A stretch of 32,000 nt of DNA from Nostoc punctiforme PCC 73102 (GTDB lineage: Bacteria > Cyanobacteriota > Cyanobacteriia > Cyanobacteriales > Nostocaceae), in NCBI RefSeq assembly GCF_000020025.1, contig NC_010628.1, forward strand, positions 4,830,001-4,862,000. Reading direction: 5' to 3'. How positions within the stretch are numbered: the stretch's first letter is position 1; the number at the start of each line of letters is the position of its first letter. A program made the translations under genes and the position numbers. A model generated the notes under the pieces. It saw only the letters and a program-made list of their open reading frames with translations. It had not been told where the DNA came from and did no database searches. Shown here piece after piece: positions 25,024-32,000 of the stretch.

Positions 25024-25052
25024 AATGTAACACTTTGAAAGAAAACCTGCAA
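25024..25052 (-). promoter_or_regulatory. Sigma70-like promoter candidate for the putative sRNA
   Basis: -35 TTGCAG (25052..25047), a 17-nt spacer, and -10 TACATT (25029..25024), read on the minus strand. Confidence 0.3.
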
Positions 25053-25085
25053 CTTTTCTTTACATTACAATTTGTAATTTGTCAG

Positions 25086-25122
25086 TTGTCCTTTGCTAAT
25101 GACCAATGACCAATGACTAACC
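25086..25122. repeat. Second, shorter copy of the TTGTCCTTTGC-(AATGACC)n composite repeat
   Basis: ttgtcctttgctaatgaccaatgaccaatgactaacc. It abuts and overlaps the stop codon of the 25117.. gene and is nearly identical to 23070..23110. Confidence 0.85.
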
Positions 25123-27393
25123 AGTCAGAAAAACGTATGCGCCCCAAGCCTGTGCTGCAACTGCCAAAAAAGTAGACCAGATGGGATGAGGGCTATGAAT
25201 AGTTTTACCACTTTGAGTTTCTAAGGTGTGGACATCGATCCAAGGTGTCGCTCCTCGCCGGAACCAACCTGTGACGATAATTTGCCGACCGATGAGATCC
25301 TGGTGATTCACTGACTGTCCTAGCCAAGAAATGTGGTGTAATTTCACCAAGCCTGTGCTGGATTGGAGGATTAAATCTTGTGCTAGGGAGTTGCTAGTGC
25401 CTTGACGACCTAATAGTTTGCCCACCAGACGCACGCTGACGCTATCAATAGGTAAGGCAGAAGGGTCGGCTAATAGGTTGGGCAGGTAGTCATCAGTTTG
25501 CACAGTAGCGGATTTGATGTCAGGGAAAAAAGAATTAATCCGCATTACTGTACCGATGCTAAAGCCAATTAGAAGGCAGCCTGTAATGAAAGACCAATCT
25601 TCATATATCCACTTTAGATTTAAAAACTTGAGTACGAATGCTAGTTGCCAGGTTAGCCAGACCAAAGCTGCAAACAGAAACCCTAAAGGAATTCCCAACC
25701 AGGGAGCGATTTGTAATAAGAAAGACTGACGGTTAACCTGTGATGGTTCGCTAGCAAAATGCAGTTCGGTGTCCAGATGCCAGTGACGGGCTATTTTGCA
25801 GAGGTGTTCGATGCGATCGCCCATCAAAGAATGACTATTATTAATAGTAAACCATTGGCGATAGGGATTAGCGGTATCCCACTTCAAAAATGATTCAAAA
25901 GATAAATTGCTGGCAATAGTGCCCAAAGAAAGGCTCTGTTGGTGGCCGACTGGTGTTAAGAGATTTAAGCTTTCTAATTGCCAACTGGTCTGTTCTTCTT
26001 TTTGGATATCAGCTGCAATACCAATGGAAATTTTGAGTAAAGCGCGAATCAGGGCATTGGGATTACCAGTAATTTCAGATGCGACGCGATCGCTATAATA
26101 AAGCCGCAACCGCGACAACCACAATCCAGTCCCAGTCAGTAAACCCCAAACTCCATAAACGAGACTAGCCACAATTGTCACCGGCCAGCGCCAGATTTCC
26201 CTCGATATTTTGTCTCCCAACTCTGATATTTGCTGATAAAGCTTATGGATGGGTAGTGTCACCAGCAGCAACAAAGACATCACAGAAAAATCCCAGTGAG
26301 CAATGTGCCCTAGCTGCGTGGCGTAAATAATTGCGATTTCATCATCTGCTAGTTGCTCTAATAGCCCTTGACTTACAACAATCCTGGCATTACGTGGTAA
26401 ACTACCGTAAGTTAGAATAATTGGTGCAGCCATTGGTAAAATCCGCAGTTTGGGTAAGGGCCAGTGACGCTGTTGACAACAACGTTGTAGCACCCGCACA
26501 GCTTCGCGGCTATGGGCATTCAATACATCTTTGGGAAATTCTCGCTGACCATATAAGTTCGCCAGTAGCAGATCCAGTAACCAAGGTGATATTCCAATCA
26601 AAATCACCAATACTATTAGCAACAATTTAGTAGGGTTGCTGTATAAAAGCTGCAACGGCTCCAGATAAGGTAGTTTGACTAAAGTCAGGTTGATGAATCC
26701 CATTGCAAACTTTAGGATTTCTCGCATCACCCAAAATAGGGCAATGAATGTTCCTGCTGTCAGCAGCCGTAAAGGAATTAATTTCGGTTTACGTAGAGGT
26801 TGCCATGCTTTGGCACGTTGTGCTTGTCGCCAATAGATAACACCAAATAATTTAGCTTGGGTGCGGGTAACAGAACCCATGAAACCGTTTAAAGGTGCAG
26901 TCGGTGGTGGTAATGGTGTAGCTACCGTAGCTTTGAGTCTAGGTAGTGGCACCATCGGCGGGGTGTCGGTCTTAGTTTCTATTACTTGCTCTTCTGGCTT
27001 TTCCTCTAATGTAGGATTTTCCGGGGGGGTAACTGGGGGAGAATCTGGAGGAGGATCTGGAGTTGAGTTATCAAACGCTACAAATCCAGTTTCGACATTT
27101 TTTGATTCTCGATCGCGTTTCTTACGTTTTGTCAGGTGTTCGAGAGCGCGTGTTGCCCACTCTTGAACTTGCGGATTGTTACTCTCAATGAGATTCTGGG
27201 AAATAGCGATCGCTTTGGGAACTTCGCCAGTGCGAGCATAAGCCATCACTAAACCAACCTGGGCTTGTAAGCTAGCAGTACCATTGTTTTGGCTGCTAGC
27301 AATAGGTTCTAGTTGAGCGATCGCTGTTTGGTAATTTCCCTGCTTGAGGGCAATTAAACCAGCCTCCAAAGACGGTTTGGCATGTGAAGGCAT
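25117..27393 (-). CDS. Large polytopic membrane protein with an N-terminal TPR-like region, a Pro-rich linker and a degenerate M48 (HtpX/Ste24-like) peptidase segment
   Basis: The ORF track extends to 27441, but that codon is TTG; the first ATG is 27393..27391 (MPSHAKPSLEAG...). The linker is PDPPPDSPPVTPPENP and there are multiple hydrophobic helices. The segment DDEIAIIYATQLGHIAHWDF aligns to the M48 HELGHIxxxD region with His->Thr and Glu->Gln. Confidence 0.6.
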   Translation of the reverse strand: MPSHAKPSLEAGLIALKQGNYQTAIAQLEPIASSQNNGTASLQAQVGLVMAYARTGEVPKAIAISQNLIESNNPQVQEWATRALEHLTKRKKRDRESKNVETGFVAFDNSTPDPPPDSPPVTPPENPTLEEKPEEQVIETKTDTPPMVPLPRLKATVATPLPPPTAPLNGFMGSVTRTQAKLFGVIYWRQAQRAKAWQPLRKPKLIPLRLLTAGTFIALFWVMREILKFAMGFINLTLVKLPYLEPLQLLYSNPTKLLLIVLVILIGISPWLLDLLLANLYGQREFPKDVLNAHSREAVRVLQRCCQQRHWPLPKLRILPMAAPIILTYGSLPRNARIVVSQGLLEQLADDEIAIIYATQLGHIAHWDFSVMSLLLLVTLPIHKLYQQISELGDKISREIWRWPVTIVASLVYGVWGLLTGTGLWLSRLRLYYSDRVASEITGNPNALIRALLKISIGIAADIQKEEQTSWQLESLNLLTPVGHQQSLSLGTIASNLSFESFLKWDTANPYRQWFTINNSHSLMGDRIEHLCKIARHWHLDTELHFASEPSQVNRQSFLLQIAPWLGIPLGFLFAALVWLTWQLAFVLKFLNLKWIYEDWSFITGCLLIGFSIGTVMRINSFFPDIKSATVQTDDYLPNLLADPSALPIDSVSVRLVGKLLGRQGTSNSLAQDLILQSSTGLVKLHHISWLGQSVNHQDLIGRQIIVTGWFRRGATPWIDVHTLETQSGKTIHSPHPIWSTFLAVAAQAWGAYVFLTG

Positions 27394-27510
27394 ACAAATT
27401 CTGGCACTCCAATCTCTTCTAGGTGATCCACGTTTGTGCAAAAGCGCGAACCTCGGATGCCGTGGAACTCAACCGCGCCCGAGTTTTGCTTGTCAAGTGA
27501 ATGATAAAGA

Positions 27511-27580
27511 TTGAATTCAGGAGTCAGTCGTCAGAATTCAGTTGAGTCTTCATCTGAATTCTGGATTCTGAATTCTGTAT
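27511..27580. repeat. Cluster of GAATTC-centred 10-mers forming nested hairpins downstream of prfC
   Basis: ttgaattcag (27511..27520) and cagaattcag (27532..27541) are complementary to ctgaattctg at 27554..27563 and 27568..27577. This may act as the prfC terminator, but there is no U-tract. Confidence 0.5.
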
Positions 27581-27586
27581 TCTTCT

Positions 27587-29215
27587 TCATTCCTCCACTG
27601 GTTGTTGACTAGAAAATACTGGAGCGATCGCGCTTAATTTTAACTCTGGATGGTCGCCCAGTAACTGTTGACAATTCCATTCATTGCGGAATAGCAATAC
27701 TGGCCGTCCCATACTGTCTTTAACTGTAGTGGTATTGAATATACGTCCCACCTTTTCTAATGCTTCCCAACCACCCTCAACCCAACGGGCGACACTGTAG
27801 GGCAATAAATCTAATATGGTTTCTACACCATACTCGTTTTGTAAGCGAAACTGCACTACTTCAAATTGCAACTGACCCACCGCCGCCAAAATTGGATCGC
27901 GCTTGGCTTCATCAGTTGAATACATAATTTGCACAGCACCTTCTTCGCGCAATTCCGCAACGCCTTTTTGGAATTGTTTAGACTTTGAGGGGTTGGGATT
28001 CCTCAGAGATGCAAACAGTTCCGGCGAGAAATACGGAATCCCCTCATATTCGAGCTTTTGTCCTGTGTAAATTGTATCCCCGATCGCAAAAACACCGGGA
28101 TTGTTCAAACCGATCACATCGCCAGGATAAGCCACATCAATCGATTCTCGCTCTTGGGCAAAGAGTTTTTGCGGGCGAGACAGACGGATGAGTTTACCAA
28201 TGCGGGCGTGATTCACCATCATATCTTTTTCAAACTTACCAGTACAGACCCGGATAAATGCGACGCGATCGCGGTGTTTCGGGTCCATATTTGCTTGTAG
28301 TTTAAAGACAAACCCCGAAAATTCTGGGTATGTAGGGGCAACTTCACCAACACTGCTGTAGTGAGAACCGGGTTTAAGGGCATATTCGAGGAAATACTTG
28401 AGGAATAACTCTACCCCAAAGTTGGTCATGGCACTACCAAAAAACACAGGTGTCATTTTGCCTTCGTGTACTAACTGCAAATCTAGTTCTGGCCCAACTC
28501 CTTCTAGGAGTTCTAAATCATTTTTCAGTTGGTAGTACAGGCTTTGTTCTAGCTTCTCTTCTATTCTCGGATCGCCTAATTCGACTATCGTATCACGGGC
28601 TTCTCGGCTACCGTGGGCACTGCGTTCAAACAAGTGAATTTGTTGCTTGTGTCGGTCAAAAACACCTTTAAAGCGATCGCCCATACCAATCGGCCAGTTG
28701 ACCGCATAGGTTTGCAATCCCAATTCTTGCTCAATTTCATCCAACAGTTCTAGAGGTTCTCTTCCGGGGCGATCGAGCTTGTTGATAAAAGTAAAAATTG
28801 GAATACCGCGCAACTTACACACTTCAAACAATTTACGGGTTTGGGGTTCCAAACCTTTTGCCGCATCAATTAACATCACTGCATTATCAGCGGCGGCGAG
28901 AGTACGATAAGTATCTTCACTGAAATCTTGGTGTCCAGGAGTGTCTAATAAATTGATTTGACACTTTTGGTATTCAAATTGCAACACTGTGGAGGTAATG
29001 GAAATACCCCGTTGTTGCTCCATCGCCATCCAGTCAGAGGTAGCCTTACGCTGTGCCCGTCGCGCCTTAACCGCCCCAGCTTCGTGAATTGCACCTCCGT
29101 ACAGGAGTAACTTTTCTGTTAGTGTCGTTTTACCCGCATCGGGGTGAGATATAATCGCAAAATTGCGGCGCAGTTCAACCGCTTGAATAAGTTCAGACTG
29201 AAGTTCAGTAGACAT
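27587..29215 (-). CDS. prfC: Peptide chain release factor 3 (translational GTPase)
   Basis: 542 aa. N-terminus [28 protein letters not shown], then DTPGHQDF and NKLD. The overall length and sequence are typical of RF3. Confidence 0.93.
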   Translation of the reverse strand: MSTELQSELIQAVELRRNFAIISHPDAGKTTLTEKLLLYGGAIHEAGAVKARRAQRKATSDWMAMEQQRGISITSTVLQFEYQKCQINLLDTPGHQDFSEDTYRTLAAADNAVMLIDAAKGLEPQTRKLFEVCKLRGIPIFTFINKLDRPGREPLELLDEIEQELGLQTYAVNWPIGMGDRFKGVFDRHKQQIHLFERSAHGSREARDTIVELGDPRIEEKLEQSLYYQLKNDLELLEGVGPELDLQLVHEGKMTPVFFGSAMTNFGVELFLKYFLEYALKPGSHYSSVGEVAPTYPEFSGFVFKLQANMDPKHRDRVAFIRVCTGKFEKDMMVNHARIGKLIRLSRPQKLFAQERESIDVAYPGDVIGLNNPGVFAIGDTIYTGQKLEYEGIPYFSPELFASLRNPNPSKSKQFQKGVAELREEGAVQIMYSTDEAKRDPILAAVGQLQFEVVQFRLQNEYGVETILDLLPYSVARWVEGGWEALEKVGRIFNTTTVKDSMGRPVLLFRNEWNCQQLLGDHPELKLSAIAPVFSSQQPVEE

Positions 29216-29339
29216 AATTGTATTTGTTTGTTAGCTAGCTTAATTTTTTTTGACTCTGGCAAGTCTTTTAATCTTAAGACAACGATGCTCGTGATAGGGT
29301 CGTAGTATAACCAACAATCTAACTAAAGAGGAGAAAGCA

Positions 29340-29699
29340 ATGTACGACACAGACAAGCGAAAGCTTCTATCAGCCTTGTCGCATGGAGCCATTTTTTTCA
29401 GCACAACATTGGTATCTGTCGGTGTACCTATCGCCATACTGCTTGTATCTGACGATCCTGTTGTTAAAGAAAACGCCAAAGAATCCATCAATTTCCACTT
29501 TAATGTCTGGTTTTATGGTGCAATTCTGGGAGCGCTGTTTTTTCTATTCGGTTGGTTAGTCTTACCTCTATTATTACTTGGACCACTAGCTGGTCTGGGA
29601 TATCTATTACACTGGGGATTAACAATTTGGGCGCTCATCGGAGTTTTCAGTAATCCTGATATACCCTTCCGTTATCCCTACATTTTCCGATTTCTTTAG
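29340..29699 (+). CDS. Small integral membrane protein, DUF4870-like
   Basis: 119 aa. The pattern LSHGAIFF...PIAILLVSDDPVVKENAKESINFHFNVWFY followed by two further TM helices resembles the DUF4870 family, from memory. Confidence 0.6.
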   Translation: MYDTDKRKLLSALSHGAIFFSTTLVSVGVPIAILLVSDDPVVKENAKESINFHFNVWFYGAILGALFFLFGWLVLPLLLLGPLAGLGYLLHWGLTIWALIGVFSNPDIPFRYPYIFRFL

Positions 29700-30028
29700 A
29701 AGAAATTATCATTGGGCATTGGGAATTGTTAGTTATTTTTGTTAAGCTGTTGTGCCTTGAATTTGCACACAACCAATCGCCAGGATTTTGCCAACAGAAG
29801 GTCTGACGATTTTGAATTTTGAATTGCTTATTATGTCGTTTTTTTCCCAGTCCGTTGGATAGGTGCAACCAAGCTGTAGAATACAAAATTGCCCCACAAC
29901 TTGATTAAGAGTAGGGCAAAGGACAGTTAAGCACTGTTTGTAGTCTGTCTGACGGCAGGAAAATTTTAGCCTGCTTTTGTGACGCTTTATTTTGTGTCCA
30001 TTTGCGTTGTTTTTCTTCATAAAATTTT

Positions 30029-31009
30029 ATGTTTCCTACACACCGCCCCCGTCGTCTGCGTACCCATCCTCAACTGCGCCGGATGGTTCGTGAAACTGTT
30101 TTAACAACAAGCGATTTAATTTACCCATTATTTGCCGTACCAGGTGAGGGAATCGCTAATGAGGTTAAATCCATGCCCGGAGTCTACCAACTTTCGGTAG
30201 ATAAAATCGTTGAAGAAGCAAAAGAAGTTTACGACTTAGGAATTCCTTCTATTATTTTATTTGGTATTCCGGCTGATAAAGATGTAGATGCAACTGGTGC
30301 TTGGCATGATTGCGGTATCGTCCAAAAAGCAGCGACGGCGGTAAAAGCAGCAGTGCCAGATTTGATTGTAATTGCTGATACTTGTTTGTGTGAGTACACT
30401 AGCCACGGTCATTGTGGTTATCTGCAAGTTGGTGATTTAACAGGAAGAGTTTTAAATGACCCAACTTTGGAATTGTTGAAGAAAACGGCAGTTTCTCAAG
30501 CCAAAGCCGGTGCTGATATTATCGCGCCTTCTGGGATGATGGATGGGTTTGTGCAAGCAATTCGTCAGGGTTTGGATGAAGCAGGATTTCAAGACACGCC
30601 GATTTTGTCTTATGCTGCTAAGTATGCTTCAGGTTATTATGGCCCATTTCGGGATGCCGCAGACTCGACACCGCAATTTGGGGATAGAAGAACTTACCAA
30701 ATGGATCCAGGTAATGCGCGCGAAGCAATTAAAGAGATTGACTTGGATATCGCTGAAGGTGCTGATATGCTCATGGTTAAGCCAGCCTTAGCATACATGG
30801 ATATTATCTGGCGGGTGAAAGAAGCGAGTAACTTACCAGTTGCGGCTTACAATGTTTCTGGTGAGTATGCGATGGTGAAAGCTGCGGCTCTCAATGGTTG
30901 GATTGATGAAGAGCGCGTAGTTATGGAAACTTTAACTGGGTTTAAACGGGCTGGTGCAGACTTGATTTTGACCTACCATGCCAAAGATGCGGCGCGATGG
31001 TTAAAATAG
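30029..31009 (+). CDS. hemB: Porphobilinogen synthase (5-aminolevulinate dehydratase), cysteine-rich zinc-site type
   Basis: 326 aa. Metal site [14 protein letters not shown] (three Cys), the Schiff-base Lys context MVKPAL, and an N-terminus RPRRLR typical of HemB. Confidence 0.93.
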   Translation: MFPTHRPRRLRTHPQLRRMVRETVLTTSDLIYPLFAVPGEGIANEVKSMPGVYQLSVDKIVEEAKEVYDLGIPSIILFGIPADKDVDATGAWHDCGIVQKAATAVKAAVPDLIVIADTCLCEYTSHGHCGYLQVGDLTGRVLNDPTLELLKKTAVSQAKAGADIIAPSGMMDGFVQAIRQGLDEAGFQDTPILSYAAKYASGYYGPFRDAADSTPQFGDRRTYQMDPGNAREAIKEIDLDIAEGADMLMVKPALAYMDIIWRVKEASNLPVAAYNVSGEYAMVKAAALNGWIDEERVVMETLTGFKRAGADLILTYHAKDAARWLK

Positions 31010-31040
31010 TCTAGGCATATTCAATACCGATTTACTGGGA

Positions 31041-31098
31041 AATCTCACGCAGAGGCGCGAAGACGCAGAGTTGTGTTTTGGTGTTTGGGCGTGAGATT
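31041..31098. repeat. GC-rich hairpin repeat just downstream of hemB
   Basis: aatctcacgc (31041..31050) pairs with gcgtgagatt (31089..31098). The loop contains cagaggcgcgaagacgcagag, related to the 21950..21975 repeat. It is followed by gcgatgtctgtggcggctacgcctag, related to the 23629 repeat. Confidence 0.65.
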
Positions 31099-31195
31099 CT
31101 TTGTTTACGCCTAGTGCGATGTCTGTGGCGGCTACGCCTAGACCAGCAATATAGATTAGACCATAACTCTTGTCTGACATCCTTAACAATTTCAC

Positions 31196-31425
31196 TAATT
31201 TCTTCTAGCGTGGGTTGATTACGATCGGGTTCTAAATCTTCTAAGCCTTGCAGAAATTCATCTGAATCTACATTCGGTTTCCTAATTTTTTTTCAACACA
31301 ATTTCATCTTCTGTAACCGATACTTCATACTCAATAAAGGGCTGAAGCTGTCCTAACACTTCTGGAATTTATAGCTTTCCATCAGCAGTTACTTTGGCAA
31401 TAACAGCTGTTTCCATAATTTTCAT
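31196..31425 (-). pseudogene. Decayed small gene (AbrB/SpoVT-like antitoxin-type N-terminus) with an in-frame stop and an A8 frameshift
   Basis: The minus strand from ATG 31425 reads MKIMETAVIAKVTADGKL-TAA-IPEVLGQLQPFIEYEVSVTEDEIVLKK, then an aaaaaaaa tract. Removing one A restores ...IRKPNVDSDEFLQGLEDLEPDRNQPTLEEISEIVKDVRQELWSN. The 3' end runs into the GC-rich repeat. Confidence 0.35.
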
Positions 31426-31945
31426 ATTTGAGTCCGATTGAAATTTATCTTTTTATTTGTGGCATTTGGCTGAAGCGTAGACAAAGAGTTACATACAGTC
31501 GCTACAAATATTTTTAACCGAACCATATTGTCATCCATTCTACAAAGGTAAATACATCTTAAATAGCCCAAAAACTTAAGATAAACAACGTTTTTAATTG
31601 TTCTACAATAGGCATATTTAATTATTGCTACAAAAAATTTTTACTCTGGTGTGACTGGGATTAAGTTAGTATCTTTCAGTCCGGAAGTGTCGAATGTATT
31701 TTATACATTCACTCTAAGTTTTATTACATAAATAAATCAGCAGATTTGCCAGAGGGTGAGGCGATCGCTCATAAAACCTCTAAAATCTAAATTAAATAGC
31801 TTTGATATAGTTATGGCAATTACTCGCTCTATGTTTGGGGCAGTTCGTTTGAAAAACCCAATCTCTAACTAGTGCGATCGCTCACCGTATTTGCGACAGC
31901 AGCACGATAAAATTCTAAAACCATAATCGTACTAAAAGGTCTAAA

Positions 31946-32000
31946 TGGCAGAAACACTATTCTTCAACGCCTTACGCGAAGCCATTGATGAAGAAATGGC
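31946..32000 (+). CDS. pdhB: Start of the pyruvate dehydrogenase E1 beta subunit gene (truncated by the window edge)
   Basis: MAETLFFNALREAIDEEM matches the conserved N-terminus of cyanobacterial/plastid PDH E1-beta as I remember it. Only 18 codons are visible. Confidence 0.55.

Noticed and set aside
24795-25052. 85-aa minus-strand ORF
   Set aside because: It has a non-ATG start, reads straight through a strong terminator hairpin and has no motifs. The region is better explained as a non-coding transcript or 3' UTR.
25514-27166. Plus-strand ORFs 25514..25729, 25907..26098, 26421..26630 and 26861..27166
   Set aside because: They are antisense to the 25117..27393 CDS. The Gly-rich 101-aa one mirrors the Pro-rich linker.
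27394-27441. 16-codon N-terminal extension of the M48-like ORF given in the track
   Set aside because: The codon at 27441..27439 is TTG, and the extension (HKRGSPRRDWSARIC) looks non-native. The ATG at 27393 begins a sensible TPR-like N-terminus.
27985-28671. Three plus-strand ORFs inside prfC
   Set aside because: They are antisense to a highly conserved GTPase gene.
29240-29491. 83-aa minus-strand ORF overlapping the DUF4870-like gene
   Set aside because: The plus-strand frame gives a coherent three-TM protein with a recognisable family pattern. The minus-strand product has none.
29647-30020. Two minus-strand ORFs (79 and 92 aa, basic and Cys-rich) upstream of hemB
   Set aside because: They have no motifs or RBS and overlap each other in different frames, so this is most likely the hemB promoter/leader region. 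A weak 5-bp hairpin plus TTTT near 29955..29980 was also judged too weak to call.
30543-30791. 82-aa plus-strand alternate-frame ORF
   Set aside because: It lies inside hemB in a different frame.
31001-31195. 64-aa minus-strand ORF
   Set aside because: It overlaps the hemB stop and is composed largely of the GC-rich hairpin repeats. It is better explained as repeat sequence plus the disrupted 3' end of the decayed small gene.
1-32000. Search for CRISPR arrays, tRNA/rRNA/tmRNA genes, transposases, integrases and phage genes
   Set aside because: I saw no regularly spaced direct repeats with unique spacers, no tRNA-like T-arm or acceptor motifs, and no ORF with DDE, tyrosine/serine recombinase or phage structural signatures. 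All tandem repeats found are short heptamer STRR-type arrays.

Overview
This window looks like chromosomal DNA from a filamentous Nostoc/Anabaena-type cyanobacterium. The evidence is many HIP1 octamers (GCGATCGC), STRR-type heptamer tandem repeats, ndhB and the overall gene content. All calls come from reading motifs in the supplied translations and the raw sequence; no database search was possible. The window splits into two parts. (1) About 1.4-16.9 kb is an AT-rich, HIP1-poor accessory block. It holds a class I terpene synthase plus a cytochrome P450 (minus strand, 7747-10283). These are surrounded by a dense set of signalling genes: a 1871-aa Ser/Thr-kinase/NTPase/GAF/His-kinase protein, a REC-His-kinase hybrid, a stand-alone FIST sensor protein, a sensor-less His kinase, a small three-Cys V4R/MetOD1-like protein and a PAS-His kinase. 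A REC-only protein lies just outside the block. No DNA-binding output domain is present. The four kinase cores are clear paralogues, and a ~46-nt direct repeat brackets the block. (2) About 17.1-32 kb is mostly housekeeping: ndhB, prfC, hemB, sufE, an RRM RNA-binding protein and the start of pdhB, with lipA at the far left edge. Interspersed are a COG0523 metallochaperone GTPase preceded by a perfect Zur/Fur-type palindrome and followed by a WD40 gene and a small secreted CxCxxC protein. This part also has two apparent pseudo-enzymes (an M48-like protein with TQxxH instead of HExxH, and an alpha/beta-hydrolase with Ala at the nucleophile position), a candidate promoter-to-terminator small RNA carrying CCUCC motifs, a decayed small gene, and several dispersed repeat families. 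I found no CRISPR array, tRNA/rRNA gene, transposase or integrase. The best candidate for a new system is the terpene cassette embedded in split-sensor two-component modules, but that functional link is inference only.
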